NCBI GenBank assembly: GCA_900315755.1
Contig: ONAI01000012.1
Span: forward strand, 9,064 to 73,063
DNA: 64,000 bases
Direction: 5' to 3'
Source of the DNA: an uncultured Ruminococcus sp.
Lineage (GTDB): Bacteria > Bacillota > Clostridia > Oscillospirales > Ruminococcaceae
The notes beneath the pieces are model-generated. The model was not told where the DNA came from. It made no database searches and was given only the letters and a program-made list of their open reading frames with translations. Shown here one piece after another: positions 45,494 to 55,737 of the stretch. Both the position numbers and the translations under genes were made by a program. The stretch's first letter is position 1. Each line of letters starts with the position of its first letter.

Positions 45494-48115
45494 ATGGAAA
45501 TAGACAGAAGTAAGATCTCGCCTATGATGCTTCAGTATCTTGAGGTGAAAGACAAATACGAAGACTGTGTACTGTTTTTTCGTCTTGGCGACTTTTACGA
45601 GATGTTCTTTGACGATGCTATAAGAGTATCAAAAGCACTTGAACTGACACTTACCGGCAGAGACTGTGGACTTGAGGAACGTGCGCCGATGTGCGGAGTT
45701 CCTTATCATGCTGCGGATATATATATCAAGAAGCTGATAGAACTCGGCTACAAGGTAGCAGTTTGTGAGCAGCTTACCGATCCGGCTGAGACAAAGGGAA
45801 TAGTGATCAGAGACGTTATAAGAGTCGTGACTCCGGGAACTCTTACTGACAGCAGTATGCTTGATGACGGCTCGAACAACTTTATTTGCAGTATTTTCTA
45901 TGATGAAGAGACTAAGGAGTGCGGAGTTGCATCGGCGGATATTTCCACCGGTGAGGCTGCTGTTATACAGTTTTCAGGCAAGGATCTTGAAGCCGGAGTT
46001 ATCAATGAACTCAGCCGCATACGTCCGGCGGAGATCATTTTTACCGATTCTTTTCTTTCACTTAAAAACGTATCGGATTTTATTAAAGTAAGGCTCGGCT
46101 GCTCAGTTACGCTCCGTGAAGCTGAAAGCTTCACACCGTCTTCGGGCAGCAGTACAGTAGCAGGACTATTCAATGTGAAGACGGTGTCCGAGCTGGGGAT
46201 CAGCTCGGACGGAGCTGACTGTGCAGCCGTTTGCGGACTTTTCGATTATATCAACGACACTCAGAAGTCCTCAGTATCGAGATTCACGAAGCTTAAAATA
46301 CTTGGCGGAGAGCAGTTCATGGGACTTGACCTTAATGCAAGGCGCAATCTTGAGCTTACTGAAACTCTCAGGAACAAGGAGAAAAAAGGCTCGCTGCTGT
46401 GGGTGCTTGACTCTACAAAAACTTCAATGGGCAGAAGAATGCTCAGGAACTGGATCGAGCAGCCGCTGAAAAGCCCTGCAAGGATAATCGAAAGACTTGA
46501 TGCTGTTGAGGCTTTTTACAGAAAGAGCGTAATTACCGGTGATATTGCCGAGCTTCTCGAAAGAGTATACGACCTTGAAAGACTTATGACCAAGGTCATG
46601 TACAAGACCGCAAATCCGCGCGATCTGAAGTCACTTTCTGCAACGGCAAAGCAGCTGCCGCTTATCAAGGCTGAACTTGCAAAGTTTGAGGGGGCAAAGC
46701 TGCTGGATTCGCTGAGAGGCGAAATATCAGATCTCGAAGATATAGTGAATCTTGTCGAGAATGCTGTTATGGACGATCCGCCGATCACAGTAAAGGACGG
46801 GGGCGTTATCAAGGAAGGCTTTAACGAGGAACTTGATGAGCTTCGTCATATCATGAATAACGGCAGAAGCATAATAGACGAGATTGCTCAGAGGGAACGT
46901 GAATCAACAGGCATAAAGGGACTTAAAATAGGATTCAACAGGGTATTCGGATATTATCTTGAAGTTACACGTTCTTACTACGATCTTATTCCTGAAGGCT
47001 GGATACGCAAGCAGACTCTTGCCAATGCTGAACGCTTCATCACCGAAGAACTCAAAAATGCTGAGAATACAATTCTTGGTGCAAAGGACAAGGCACTTTC
47101 ACTTGAAGCTGATATTTTTGCAGAGGTACGTGAATTTCTCGCAACCAAGCTTGAACCGGTACAAAAAACTGCTTCGGCAGTTGCTGCGGTTGATGTTCTG
47201 TGTTCATTTGCAGAGGTCGCGCTGCGTAATCAGTACGTCAAGCCTGAGATCGCAATTGACGGCGCTATCGACATAAAAGCCGGCAGACATCCTGTTGTTG
47301 AACTGATGCTCAATGATGAGGTGTTTGTGCCGAATGACATACATATAGATAAGAAGTCCAACAGGATGTCTATAATCACAGGACCGAATATGTCCGGTAA
47401 ATCCACATATATGCGCCAGACAGCTCTTATTGTGCTTATGGCTCAGATTGGAAGCTTTGTTCCGGCAGATTCAGCAAGAATATCTGTTGTTGACAAGATA
47501 TTCACCCGTGTCGGCGCGTCCGATGATCTTACAGCCGGACAGTCCACATTCATGGTCGAAATGAGCGAGGTCTCAGACATCCTGAAAAATGCTACTCCGG
47601 ACAGCCTTGTCATTCTCGATGAAGTCGGACGAGGTACTTCAACGTTTGACGGTGTAAGTATTGCCCGTGCGGTCGCAGAGCATATATGTTTATCGAAAAA
47701 ACTCGGCTGCAAGACGCTTTTTGCTACACATTATCATGAACTTATCGGTCTTGAAAACGAGATCGAAGGCGTTAAGAATTACAGTATCGCAGTTAATAAG
47801 CACGGCGGAACTATACGCTTTCTGCGAAAGATAGTCCGCGGAGGCGTTGACGAGAGCTATGGCATTGATGTTGCAAAGCTTGCCGGACTTCCTGCGAAAG
47901 TTGTCAGCCGCGCGAGGGAGCTTCTTGAAGAAATGGAGAAGTCTCATACCGGCGAGAACAAGATCAGCGAGAATACTTCCGGAGGACAGATGAGCTTTGG
48001 TTCGGTAAGCAGCGAAAGTGCTCTTTCAATGCTCAGAAAGACCAATATAGATGAACTCACAGATGCGGAATGCCGTGAGCTTCTCAAGGATATGCTAAAT
48101 ACAATGGAGGTATAA
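45494..48115 (+). CDS. mutS: DNA mismatch repair protein MutS
   Basis: MMLQYLEVK, FFRLGDFYE, Walker A GPNMSGKST, and STFMVEM. Confidence 0.97.
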   Translation: MEIDRSKISPMMLQYLEVKDKYEDCVLFFRLGDFYEMFFDDAIRVSKALELTLTGRDCGLEERAPMCGVPYHAADIYIKKLIELGYKVAVCEQLTDPAETKGIVIRDVIRVVTPGTLTDSSMLDDGSNNFICSIFYDEETKECGVASADISTGEAAVIQFSGKDLEAGVINELSRIRPAEIIFTDSFLSLKNVSDFIKVRLGCSVTLREAESFTPSSGSSTVAGLFNVKTVSELGISSDGADCAAVCGLFDYINDTQKSSVSRFTKLKILGGEQFMGLDLNARRNLELTETLRNKEKKGSLLWVLDSTKTSMGRRMLRNWIEQPLKSPARIIERLDAVEAFYRKSVITGDIAELLERVYDLERLMTKVMYKTANPRDLKSLSATAKQLPLIKAELAKFEGAKLLDSLRGEISDLEDIVNLVENAVMDDPPITVKDGGVIKEGFNEELDELRHIMNNGRSIIDEIAQRERESTGIKGLKIGFNRVFGYYLEVTRSYYDLIPEGWIRKQTLANAERFITEELKNAENTILGAKDKALSLEADIFAEVREFLATKLEPVQKTASAVAAVDVLCSFAEVALRNQYVKPEIAIDGAIDIKAGRHPVVELMLNDEVFVPNDIHIDKKSNRMSIITGPNMSGKSTYMRQTALIVLMAQIGSFVPADSARISVVDKIFTRVGASDDLTAGQSTFMVEMSEVSDILKNATPDSLVILDEVGRGTSTFDGVSIARAVAEHICLSKKLGCKTLFATHYHELIGLENEIEGVKNYSIAVNKHGGTIRFLRKIVRGGVDESYGIDVAKLAGLPAKVVSRARELLEEMEKSHTGENKISENTSGGQMSFGSVSSESALSMLRKTNIDELTDAECRELLKDMLNTMEV

Positions 48116-48117
48116 AA

Positions 48118-48522
48118 ATGCACCTTATATCAAATGAAGATGTTATGAGAGGTGATCTCTCAAAATTCGGTGTTGAATACAGATCTCCCTGCTACATCTC
48201 TATAAACGACTTCTCAGGTTTTCTGGCTTTAAATGCAGGTATCCGTCCTGGATTTGCTGCATATACCGATGACGGTTATCTGCTCATCTATATCGACGGC
48301 ATTACCGGTGCTGCACAGATAGCTATAACAAGTGACAATGTTACATCTCTGGATATAAAGAAGCTTCCGCTGCTTCCTGAACATTCCATCAAGATCAAGG
48401 GAATACAGGACGGCAATAAGTTTTACTACAAGCTACTTCTTCCGCATAAATCGGGAAAGAGCTTTCCTTCACAGAAGGAGAATACAGCCGATCTTATCAG
48501 CTTCCTTGAATACTGGAAGTGA
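48118..48522 (+). CDS. Hypothetical protein (134 aa)
   Basis: Tightly coupled to the mutS stop. No motif recognised. Confidence 0.4.
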   Translation: MHLISNEDVMRGDLSKFGVEYRSPCYISINDFSGFLALNAGIRPGFAAYTDDGYLLIYIDGITGAAQIAITSDNVTSLDIKKLPLLPEHSIKIKGIQDGNKFYYKLLLPHKSGKSFPSQKENTADLISFLEYWK

Positions 48523-48564
48523 GCAGAAACGGTGATATTAAAAATATAGAACGGAGGTAATACA

Positions 48565-49809
48565 ATGCCTGCATATTTCAGCATATATATTGAAATGAAT
48601 CATAGTCTGCTCGACTATACAACGGTCGATGAGCTGCACTTTTATATGAAACACGCCGGTCTGACTTTTAAGAAGGGCTGTCAGTGGGCAGAAGGGCTTA
48701 CTGAAAAAGAAATAATCGAGCATAATCAGAAGCTATTGCTCGAAAATTTTGTGCCTGATACTGACCAGAGTCCGGAAGGCGGCTATGCACAGTCCGAGTT
48801 TGAGACAGAGGGATTTTCGGGAGTGAGAGGCTTCTTTCTGAACAGATTTCCGGAGGACAAGGAGTTCGTTTACGAACTTGTCATTCCTGAGGAAGAGGTC
48901 TTCGGCACTGAAAAGAATACCATAAAAAAAGAAGCTGCCGAGAGGATAAAGCATCTTCTTGAATGGATATGGCATATGCCTACATTGAAGTCTTTACAGA
49001 CATCCGGCGAAACGGGAAGCTGTGTTTCTGAAATGAGTTTCGGAAAGGATAGCCTTCCGAGCGCAATGCCTTATGCTTTTGTGTCTGAGGAACAGTTCAG
49101 CAGACTTGATACTGAAGGATTTGAGGCTGAGCATCTGCCGACAAGCGGTGTTTTGCTCACAAATAAGAAATTTAAACTTGTGCAAGAGGGAAAAACAATG
49201 AATAAAGCTATGACCATTTCATATGAGGTAGGTAATAACCTTTACCTTAATTTTACGAATAAATGTCCTTGTGCCTGCACATTCTGCATAAGAAATAATG
49301 CAGACGGCGCTTATGGATCTGATCCTCTCTGGCTTGAACACGAGCCTTCTATGGATGAAATAAAGGCTGATCTTGATAAGCGTGATATAGCCGGATATGA
49401 TGAGATAGTGTTCTGCGGCTACGGTGAACCTACCGAAAGGCTTGAAACTGTCATCGAAGCAGCTGAGTATCTCAGGGAAAAGGGCTGTAAAAAGCTGCGT
49501 ATCAATACCAACGGTCTTGGTGACCTTGTGAACGGCAGAAGCATTGCCGGAGAACTCTGCGAGGCTGTGGACGTTGTTTCCGTAAGCCTTAATGCCGGTA
49601 CTGAGGACGAGTACATGAAGGTGACACGTCCGAGATTTGACAATGCCTTCGCAGCAATGCAGAATTTTACTGCGGATTGCGTAAAGACCGGCAAGGCTGA
49701 GGTCGTAATGTCAGTAGTCGATGTTATCCCACAGGAGCAGATCGAGGCTTCAAAGAAAGTTGCAGAGAGTCTCGGCGCAGTGCTCAGAGTAAGAAAATAT
49801 GACTCTTAA
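48565..49809 (+). CDS. Unknown N-terminal domain (~210 aa) fused in frame to a TatD-associated-type radical SAM domain
   Basis: GGAGGT RBS precedes 48565. The C-terminal half carries CPCACTFC (CxxxCxxC). An internal ATG at 49199 with its own GAGGGA RBS could give a stand-alone ~200-aa radical SAM protein. Confidence 0.65.
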   Translation: MPAYFSIYIEMNHSLLDYTTVDELHFYMKHAGLTFKKGCQWAEGLTEKEIIEHNQKLLLENFVPDTDQSPEGGYAQSEFETEGFSGVRGFFLNRFPEDKEFVYELVIPEEEVFGTEKNTIKKEAAERIKHLLEWIWHMPTLKSLQTSGETGSCVSEMSFGKDSLPSAMPYAFVSEEQFSRLDTEGFEAEHLPTSGVLLTNKKFKLVQEGKTMNKAMTISYEVGNNLYLNFTNKCPCACTFCIRNNADGAYGSDPLWLEHEPSMDEIKADLDKRDIAGYDEIVFCGYGEPTERLETVIEAAEYLREKGCKKLRINTNGLGDLVNGRSIAGELCEAVDVVSVSLNAGTEDEYMKVTRPRFDNAFAAMQNFTADCVKTGKAEVVMSVVDVIPQEQIEASKKVAESLGAVLRVRKYDS

Positions 49810-49959
49810 TGTGCGTTGTTCACAAAAATCAACAGCGGTTTTTGTGCAGGATTTTATTTAAGCACTATGGAATTTTTTTGAAAAATATGTTATAATACCC
49901 ATTAGGAATGTGTATTATTGCACACTTTAACTAATGTACCATGACTGGAGGAACATAGT

Positions 49960-50100
49960 ATGAAGCACGGAAAGATAATAATTGCCGCAGCAGCTGTTAC
50001 TCTTTGTACAGCAGGTCTCACAACCGCCTGCATAGTCGTTTGCAGGAGACTGTTTGAGAAAAACTATATCTCGGTCAGTGATAACAATAGGTTAAGTTAA
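49960..50100 (+). CDS. Possible 46-aa membrane peptide
   Basis: ATG follows GGAGGA. MKHGKIIIAAAAVTLCTAGLTTACIVVCRRLF... contains a single TM helix. Not in the ORF track because it is short. Confidence 0.35.
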   Translation: MKHGKIIIAAAAVTLCTAGLTTACIVVCRRLFEKNYISVSDNNRLS

Positions 50101-50125
50101 TATTAAAAAAGAAGGTTGAAGTAAA

Positions 50126-51193
50126 ATGGAAATCAAATTTACCAAAGCAGACAAACTCAAGAATAAGCCGCAGCCAGGTGATAAGCTCGGATTCGGTCAT
50201 ATCTTCACAGACTATATGCTCGTTATGCCTTATGACGCAGGTCAGGGCTGGCATGATCCTGAGATCCTTCCTTACGGAAATATAGATCTCTCACCTGCTG
50301 CTATGTGCTTCCACTATGGTCAGGAAGTTTTCGAGGGCTTAAAGGCATACAGAACTGCTGATAATAAGGTACAGCTTTTCCGTCCTACTGAGAATTTCAA
50401 GAGACTCAACAAGTCAAATGAGAGACTCGTTATCCCGGAACTCCCTGAGGAACTCGGTATGCAGTGCCTTATGGAACTCCTCAAGATTGAAAAGGACTGG
50501 GTTCCTTCAAAGGAGGGCGAATCACTCTATATCCGTCCGTTTATCATTGCAGTAGATCCTTTCCTCGGCGTAAAGCCAGGTGATCACTACCTCTTCATTA
50601 TCATCCTCTCACCTTCAGGCGCTTACTATGAGAGCGGTCTCAATCCTGTTAATATCTACGTTGAGAGCAAGTATGTCCGCGCTGTAAGAGGCGGTATGGG
50701 ATTCGCTAAGACAGGCGGTAACTACGCTGCTTCTCTTATCGGTCAGGACGAGGCTCACAAGCAGAATTACTCACAGGTTCTCTGGCTTGATGGCGTTGAG
50801 CAGAAGTACATAGAAGAAGTAGGTGCTATGAACATCTTCTTCGTTATCGACGGAAAGGTAGTTACACCTATGCTTCAGGGCTCGATCCTTCCTGGTATCA
50901 CAAGAAAGTCTGCTATTGAAGTATGCAAGTCCAAGGGACTTACCGTTGAGGAAAGACGCATCACTATCCAGGAGATCGCTGATGCTTATGATGCAGGTAA
51001 GCTCGATGAAGTATTCGGCACAGGTACAGCTGCTGTAATCTCACCTGTTGGTCACCTCAAGTGGAACGACAAGGTTATGGAGATCAACGATAATAAGATC
51101 GGTAAGATCTCGCAGATGCTCTATGATACAATGACAGGTATCCAGTGGGGCAAGATCGAAGATACTTTCGGCTGGATCGTACCGGTTGAATAA
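50126..51193 (+). CDS. ilvE: Branched-chain amino acid aminotransferase
   Basis: Class IV aminotransferase, 355 aa ([25 protein letters not shown]). Confidence 0.9.
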   Translation: MEIKFTKADKLKNKPQPGDKLGFGHIFTDYMLVMPYDAGQGWHDPEILPYGNIDLSPAAMCFHYGQEVFEGLKAYRTADNKVQLFRPTENFKRLNKSNERLVIPELPEELGMQCLMELLKIEKDWVPSKEGESLYIRPFIIAVDPFLGVKPGDHYLFIIILSPSGAYYESGLNPVNIYVESKYVRAVRGGMGFAKTGGNYAASLIGQDEAHKQNYSQVLWLDGVEQKYIEEVGAMNIFFVIDGKVVTPMLQGSILPGITRKSAIEVCKSKGLTVEERRITIQEIADAYDAGKLDEVFGTGTAAVISPVGHLKWNDKVMEINDNKIGKISQMLYDTMTGIQWGKIEDTFGWIVPVE

Positions 51194-51206
51194 TCGAATA
51201 ATAATG

Positions 51207-51234
51207 AGGACGGTTTTTATACCGTCCTTTTTTA
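51207..51234 (+). terminator. Intrinsic terminator after ilvE
   Basis: AGGACGGT-loop-ACCGTCCT followed by T6. Confidence 0.8.
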
Positions 51235-51275
51235 TGTGCAAATATGAATAAATTGTAAACTTTTTGTGAACAGGG

Positions 51276-51304
51276 TTGATTTTTAGTGTGAGAAGTTATA
51301 TACT
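51276..51304 (+). promoter_or_regulatory. htpG promoter (TTGATT-17-TATACT)
   Basis: Hexamers lie immediately upstream of the CIRCE element. Confidence 0.55.
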
Positions 51305-51308
51305 TGAT

Positions 51309-51335
51309 TTAGCACTCAAATGCGGAGAGTGCTAA
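51309..51335 (+). promoter_or_regulatory. CIRCE operator (HrcA binding site)
   Basis: Perfect TTAGCACTC-N9-GAGTGCTAA. Confidence 0.9.
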
Positions 51336-51358
51336 AATTTATCATGGAGATGTTTTAA

Positions 51359-53260
51359 ATGGAAACAAAGCAGTTCAAAGCAGAGTCCAGAAGACTCCTC
51401 GAAATGATGATCCACTCGATCTATACTCACAAGGAAATATTCCTGAGAGAACTTATATCAAACGCCAGCGATGCTATTGATAAGCTTTATTTCAAGTCGC
51501 TCACAGATGACAAGGTAGGTCTTAACAAGGATGATTTCGCTATCTGGATAACCTCTGATAAAGACGCTAAGACGCTTAAAATAACCGATAATGGTATAGG
51601 TATGACAGAGGAAGAGCTTGAGAATAACCTCGGTACTATCGCAAACAGCGGTTCTTTCAAATTCAAGAATGAAAACAAGCTTGAAGAGGATAACCAGATC
51701 ATAGGACAGTTCGGTGTAGGATTCTATTCTGCATTTATGGTCGCTAAGAAGGTAACTGTTATCTCTAAGGCTTATGGCAGCGATAAGGCTTTCAAGTGGG
51801 AGAGCGAGGGCGTTGACGGTTATACTATCTCTGAGGCTGAGAAGTCAAGCACCGGTACTGAAATAATCCTTGAAATGCTTGATGATACTGATGACGAGAA
51901 GTATTCCGAGTTTCTCGACCAGTACAGAATCAAGTCGCTCGTTAAGAAGTATTCCGATTATATCCGTTTCCCTGTAAAAATGGAAATGTCTCATAGCCGT
52001 CCGAAGGAGCAGTCCGAGGAGGACAAGAAAGCAAAGAAGCCTCTCGAATATGAGGACTTTATCGAAGTTGAAACTCTCAACAGTATGGTTCCACTCTGGA
52101 AGAAGAACAAGAACGAGTTAAAAGAAGAGGATTACAAGCATTTTTATACTGAGAAATTCTACGATTACAATGAGCCGTTGAAGTATTCTCACATCAGCAA
52201 TGAGATGCCGGCTTACAATGCACTGCTCTTTATACCGTCAAAAGCGCCTTTCGATTACTACTCAAGGGAGTATGAGAAGGGACTTCAGCTTTACTCAAAT
52301 GGTGTTCTCATTATGGATAAGTGCGCTGATCTTCTTCCGGACTATTTCAGCTTCGTTAAGGGACTTGTTGATTCCGAGGACCTTTCACTCAATATTTCGC
52401 GTGAGATGCTCCAGCATGACCGTCAACTGAAGGTTATCGCAAAGAGCATCGAAAAGACTATCAGCAGCGAACTCAAGAAAATGCTCAAGAATGACCGTGA
52501 AAACTATGAGAAGTTCTGGGAAGCATTCGGTTTACAGCTTAAATACGGTGTTTACAGTGAATTCGGCATGAATAAGGACAAGCTTCAGGAGCTTCTTATG
52601 TTCACATCCTCAAAGGAGAAGAAGCTTGTAACTCTTGACGAATACGTTACCGGTATGGGCGAAGAGCAGAAGTACATCTACTATGCAACAGGCGAGAGCA
52701 TTTCACGTATCGAACAGCTTCCACAGACAGAACTCATTCTCGATAAGGGCTATGAGATACTTTACCTCACCGACAGCGTTGACGAGTTTGCAGTAAAGGC
52801 GCTCCACCAGTATAAAGATAAGGAGTTCCGCTCGGTATCTGCCGAAGACCTCGGACTTGATACAGAAGAGAAGAAGGAAGAGCTCAAAGCTAAAGAGGAA
52901 GAAAACTCAGATCTTCTCAGCGGACTTTCAGAAGCGCTCAGCGGTAAGGTAGCAAAGGTAATCCTTTCGCAGAGACTTCGTTCACATCCTGTATGTCTTA
53001 CAAGTGAGGGTGAGATCTCTCTTGAAATGGAGAAGGTACTCAATTCACTTCCGAATAATGAGAAGATACAGGCACAGAGAGTGCTTGAGATCAATCCTGA
53101 GCACGAAATATTCAATAAGCTGAAATCAGTAAGTGATTCCGGTGATAAGGATAAGCTCGGCAAATACGCAAAACTTCTTTACGATCAGGCACTTCTTATC
53201 GAAGGACTTAGTATCGAAGATCCGGTAGAATTTTCTAATCTCATCTGCGAGTTAATGTAA
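51359..53260 (+). CDS. htpG: Molecular chaperone HtpG (Hsp90)
   Basis: [21 protein letters not shown], 633 aa. Confidence 0.95.
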   Translation: METKQFKAESRRLLEMMIHSIYTHKEIFLRELISNASDAIDKLYFKSLTDDKVGLNKDDFAIWITSDKDAKTLKITDNGIGMTEEELENNLGTIANSGSFKFKNENKLEEDNQIIGQFGVGFYSAFMVAKKVTVISKAYGSDKAFKWESEGVDGYTISEAEKSSTGTEIILEMLDDTDDEKYSEFLDQYRIKSLVKKYSDYIRFPVKMEMSHSRPKEQSEEDKKAKKPLEYEDFIEVETLNSMVPLWKKNKNELKEEDYKHFYTEKFYDYNEPLKYSHISNEMPAYNALLFIPSKAPFDYYSREYEKGLQLYSNGVLIMDKCADLLPDYFSFVKGLVDSEDLSLNISREMLQHDRQLKVIAKSIEKTISSELKKMLKNDRENYEKFWEAFGLQLKYGVYSEFGMNKDKLQELLMFTSSKEKKLVTLDEYVTGMGEEQKYIYYATGESISRIEQLPQTELILDKGYEILYLTDSVDEFAVKALHQYKDKEFRSVSAEDLGLDTEEKKEELKAKEEENSDLLSGLSEALSGKVAKVILSQRLRSHPVCLTSEGEISLEMEKVLNSLPNNEKIQAQRVLEINPEHEIFNKLKSVSDSGDKDKLGKYAKLLYDQALLIEGLSIEDPVEFSNLICELM

Positions 53261-53270
53261 TGATGATTCA

Positions 53271-53299
53271 AGAGCGGACATATGTCCGCTCTTTTTTTA
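53271..53299 (+). terminator. Intrinsic terminator after htpG
   Basis: GAGCGGACAT/ATGTCCGCTC palindrome followed by T7. Confidence 0.85.
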
Positions 53300-53403
53300 A
53301 TATGCTTATGAGATTTTTACAAAAAATATTGACAAATACGTTTGCGTATGATATGATATAACCATAATAATAAGCTCTAAGCTTTTGGAATGGAGGAATC
53401 ATT

Positions 53404-54081
53404 ATGGCACAAATCAACGCAAATGTTAAAAGTATCAACACCATTGGCAAGGTATTCCGTATTGTAACTATTATTGCTAAAATACTGGTAATTGTCGGTT
53501 TTGTAGTTTCAATGATAATCGGAATAGCCGTACTTACTGTTCCCAACGATGCAATAGATATCAATGCAAACTGTAATGCCACTATCAGTATCGACAGAGA
53601 TGATATTCCGGATAGCTTGATAAAAGTTGAAGAAAGCAATGATAAGTGGGATATAATGGGGATCAAACTGAAGCTGAAAGTGAGAGATACAAAAATTGAT
53701 GACAATAACAGAGAGATCACCGTGGCGGGTACTCTTAATGATATGACTGCTAAAGAACTAAAAATAATGATCGCCGGAATTTGTTTTGCAGCCGCTATTA
53801 CTTGTGTGTTCCTGTATATAGCACTCATTTTTGGAGGAAGTCTTGCAAAGGCTCTTGCAAAGTGCGAAACTCCTTTCAGTGATGAAGTTATCAAGGCAAT
53901 GTGTTCGTTCGGAAAATCACTCATTCCGATCGGCGTTATCGCTGTAATGTGCGGCACTGAAGGTATCGTAGTAATGCTGCTGGTACTTGTTATACTTCTG
54001 TTCATTCACATTATCAAATATGGTACAGAGGTTCAGAAAGGCACTGATACGATGAATGCTGCTGACAAACCAATGGATTAA
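53404..54081 (+). CDS. Hypothetical 4-TM membrane protein
   Basis: GGAGGA RBS and a TTGACA-17-TATGAT promoter at 53329-53357. The antisense 245-aa ORF over the same DNA is low complexity and is rejected. Confidence 0.55.
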   Translation: MAQINANVKSINTIGKVFRIVTIIAKILVIVGFVVSMIIGIAVLTVPNDAIDINANCNATISIDRDDIPDSLIKVEESNDKWDIMGIKLKLKVRDTKIDDNNREITVAGTLNDMTAKELKIMIAGICFAAAITCVFLYIALIFGGSLAKALAKCETPFSDEVIKAMCSFGKSLIPIGVIAVMCGTEGIVVMLLVLVILLFIHIIKYGTEVQKGTDTMNAADKPMD

Positions 54082-54121
54082 TTTCCGTTACAGAACATTC
54101 AGGTCTTGGATAAGATCATCA

Positions 54122-54250
54122 AACAGTAGAAAGGACTGCTTCAGTCAGCTGCCCTTAGCGGAAAAAGTGGGTTACCGAGTCCGAAAGTATGGACTCGGTA
54201 ATTTTATGCCGCGATTCCGCCGGAGGTGGCTACTCTCGGCAGTCCTTTTT
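54122..54250 (+). ncRNA. Candidate structured small RNA or unusually elaborate terminator (~125 nt)
   Basis: The outer 10-bp stem AAAGGACTGC (54129-38) / GCAGTCCTTT (54238-47) is followed by a T run. Inner helices are AGCTGCC (54146-52) / GGTGGCT (54224-30) and ACCGAGTCC-GAAAGTAT-GGACTCGGT (54173-98). A weak TTACAG-17-TAAGAT promoter lies at 54087-54115. Confidence 0.3.
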
Positions 54251-54263
54251 TATTGCGTAAATA

Positions 54264-54292
54264 CTTGCAACAATGCTGAAAATATGATATAC
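54264..54292 (+). promoter_or_regulatory. miaB promoter (TTGCAA-17-TATACT with extended -10 TG)
   Basis: Hexamers at 54264-69 and 54287-92. Confidence 0.5.
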
Positions 54293-54345
54293 TAATTATG
54301 TATGTTTAAAAACGGAATTGTCAGAACCGGATAAGAGGTGCAGAT

Positions 54346-55713
54346 TTGAACGATAACAGTGTAATAATAAATGAGATCAGAGAATTATACGGCAATAGAC
54401 CGCATATAGCCTATGTACGCAGCTTTGGCTGTCAGCTGAATGTTTCTGATGGTGAAAAGATCAAGGGGCTTCTCAGCAGTATGGGTTTCGGATTTACCGA
54501 TAACGAGAACGCTGCCGACCTTATCATACTTAACACCTGTGCTGTCAGAGAATCGGCTGAGGACAGGGTTTTTGGCATAGTTGGCAGCATGAAAAAGCTG
54601 AAGGAAAATAAGCCTTCTGTCATAATCGGTATCGCGGGATGTATGACAGCTCAGAGCCACATCGCTGAGAAGATAAAGAAATCATATCCTCAGGTGGATT
54701 TTGTGCTGGGAACTTCCGCTATAAACGGTCTGCCGGCACTTCTGAGGGATAGCCTCAGAGGCAGAGGATTCGGTGCAGACATCTCTGAATATGACGACTT
54801 TTCAGCTGTTGTTCCTCAGCTTCGTGACAGCAGCTTCAAGGCATCTGTACCTATAATGTTCGGCTGCAATAATTTCTGCACCTATTGTATCGTTCCCTAC
54901 GTCCGCGGACGTGAGCGCAGCCGTAAACCGGAGGATATAATCTCAGAGGTAAGAGAGCTTGTAAGCAGCGGCTATAAGGAGATAATGCTGCTTGGACAGA
55001 ATGTCAATTCATACGGAAAAGACCTTGAAAATTCTATGAGTTTTCCTCAGCTTCTAAGGGAGATAAATGCGATAGAAGGCGATTTTATCGTTCGGTTTAT
55101 GTCATCGCACCCGAAGGACGCTTCAAAGGAGCTCATCGACACTATTTTTGAGTGCGATAAGATAGCAAAGCACCTTCACCTGCCTGTACAGAGCGGAAGC
55201 AGCGATGTTCTCAGACGAATGAACCGCCGTTACAGCGCTGAGGATTACCTCAGCATTGTTGACTATATTTACAGTAAAGATCCGGATTTTTCACTCACTA
55301 CTGATCTGATAGTTGGTTTCCCTGATGAAACAGATGAGGATTTCAAGGAAACTCTTGATATAATTAAACGTGTAAGGTATGACAATATCTACTCGTTCAT
55401 TTACTCGAAGCGATCGGGTACAAAGGCGGCTGAAATGCCGGATGCTGTTTCTGATGAGATCAAGAGCAGACGTATGCGTGAGCTTCTTGAAGTTCAGAGG
55501 AATATTTCTACCGAACACTATAAACGTTTCATCGGCAGACGCATGAGAGTTCTCGCTGATGATGTATCCAAGAAGAAAAAAGGCTGTATCACCGGAAAAA
55601 GCAGCGAATTCATCATAGTCGAATTCGAGGGCGATGAATCGCTGATAGGACAGTTTGTAGATGTTGAAGTGACCGGTTCTATGAACTGGGCTGTTACCGG
55701 AAGGATAGTTTGA
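54346..55713 (+). CDS. miaB: tRNA-i6A37 methylthiotransferase MiaB
   Basis: TTG start, radical SAM CNNFCTYC, UPF0004 N-terminal domain and TRAM C-terminal domain. Confidence 0.9.
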   Translation: MNDNSVIINEIRELYGNRPHIAYVRSFGCQLNVSDGEKIKGLLSSMGFGFTDNENAADLIILNTCAVRESAEDRVFGIVGSMKKLKENKPSVIIGIAGCMTAQSHIAEKIKKSYPQVDFVLGTSAINGLPALLRDSLRGRGFGADISEYDDFSAVVPQLRDSSFKASVPIMFGCNNFCTYCIVPYVRGRERSRKPEDIISEVRELVSSGYKEIMLLGQNVNSYGKDLENSMSFPQLLREINAIEGDFIVRFMSSHPKDASKELIDTIFECDKIAKHLHLPVQSGSSDVLRRMNRRYSAEDYLSIVDYIYSKDPDFSLTTDLIVGFPDETDEDFKETLDIIKRVRYDNIYSFIYSKRSGTKAAEMPDAVSDEIKSRRMRELLEVQRNISTEHYKRFIGRRMRVLADDVSKKKKGCITGKSSEFIIVEFEGDESLIGQFVDVEVTGSMNWAVTGRIV

Positions 55714-55737
55714 TATTACCGCAGAAAAGGAGTTTGT

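Noticed and set aside
53268-54005. 245-aa minus-strand ORF overlapping the 53404-54081 gene
   Set aside because: It is Ile/Ser-rich and low complexity. It would start inside the sense gene and run through the htpG terminator. The plus-strand gene has a consensus promoter and a GGAGGA RBS.
54160-54235. Partial resemblance of the 54122-54250 element to ykkC (guanidine-I) and ZTP riboswitch strings (GGGTTACCG, GTCCGAAAG, CCGCCGGAGG)
   Set aside because: The order and structural context do not fit: GTCCGAAAG is a hairpin loop here, not a junction. The element is upstream of, not downstream of, the promoter of the next gene. No typical regulated gene follows it.
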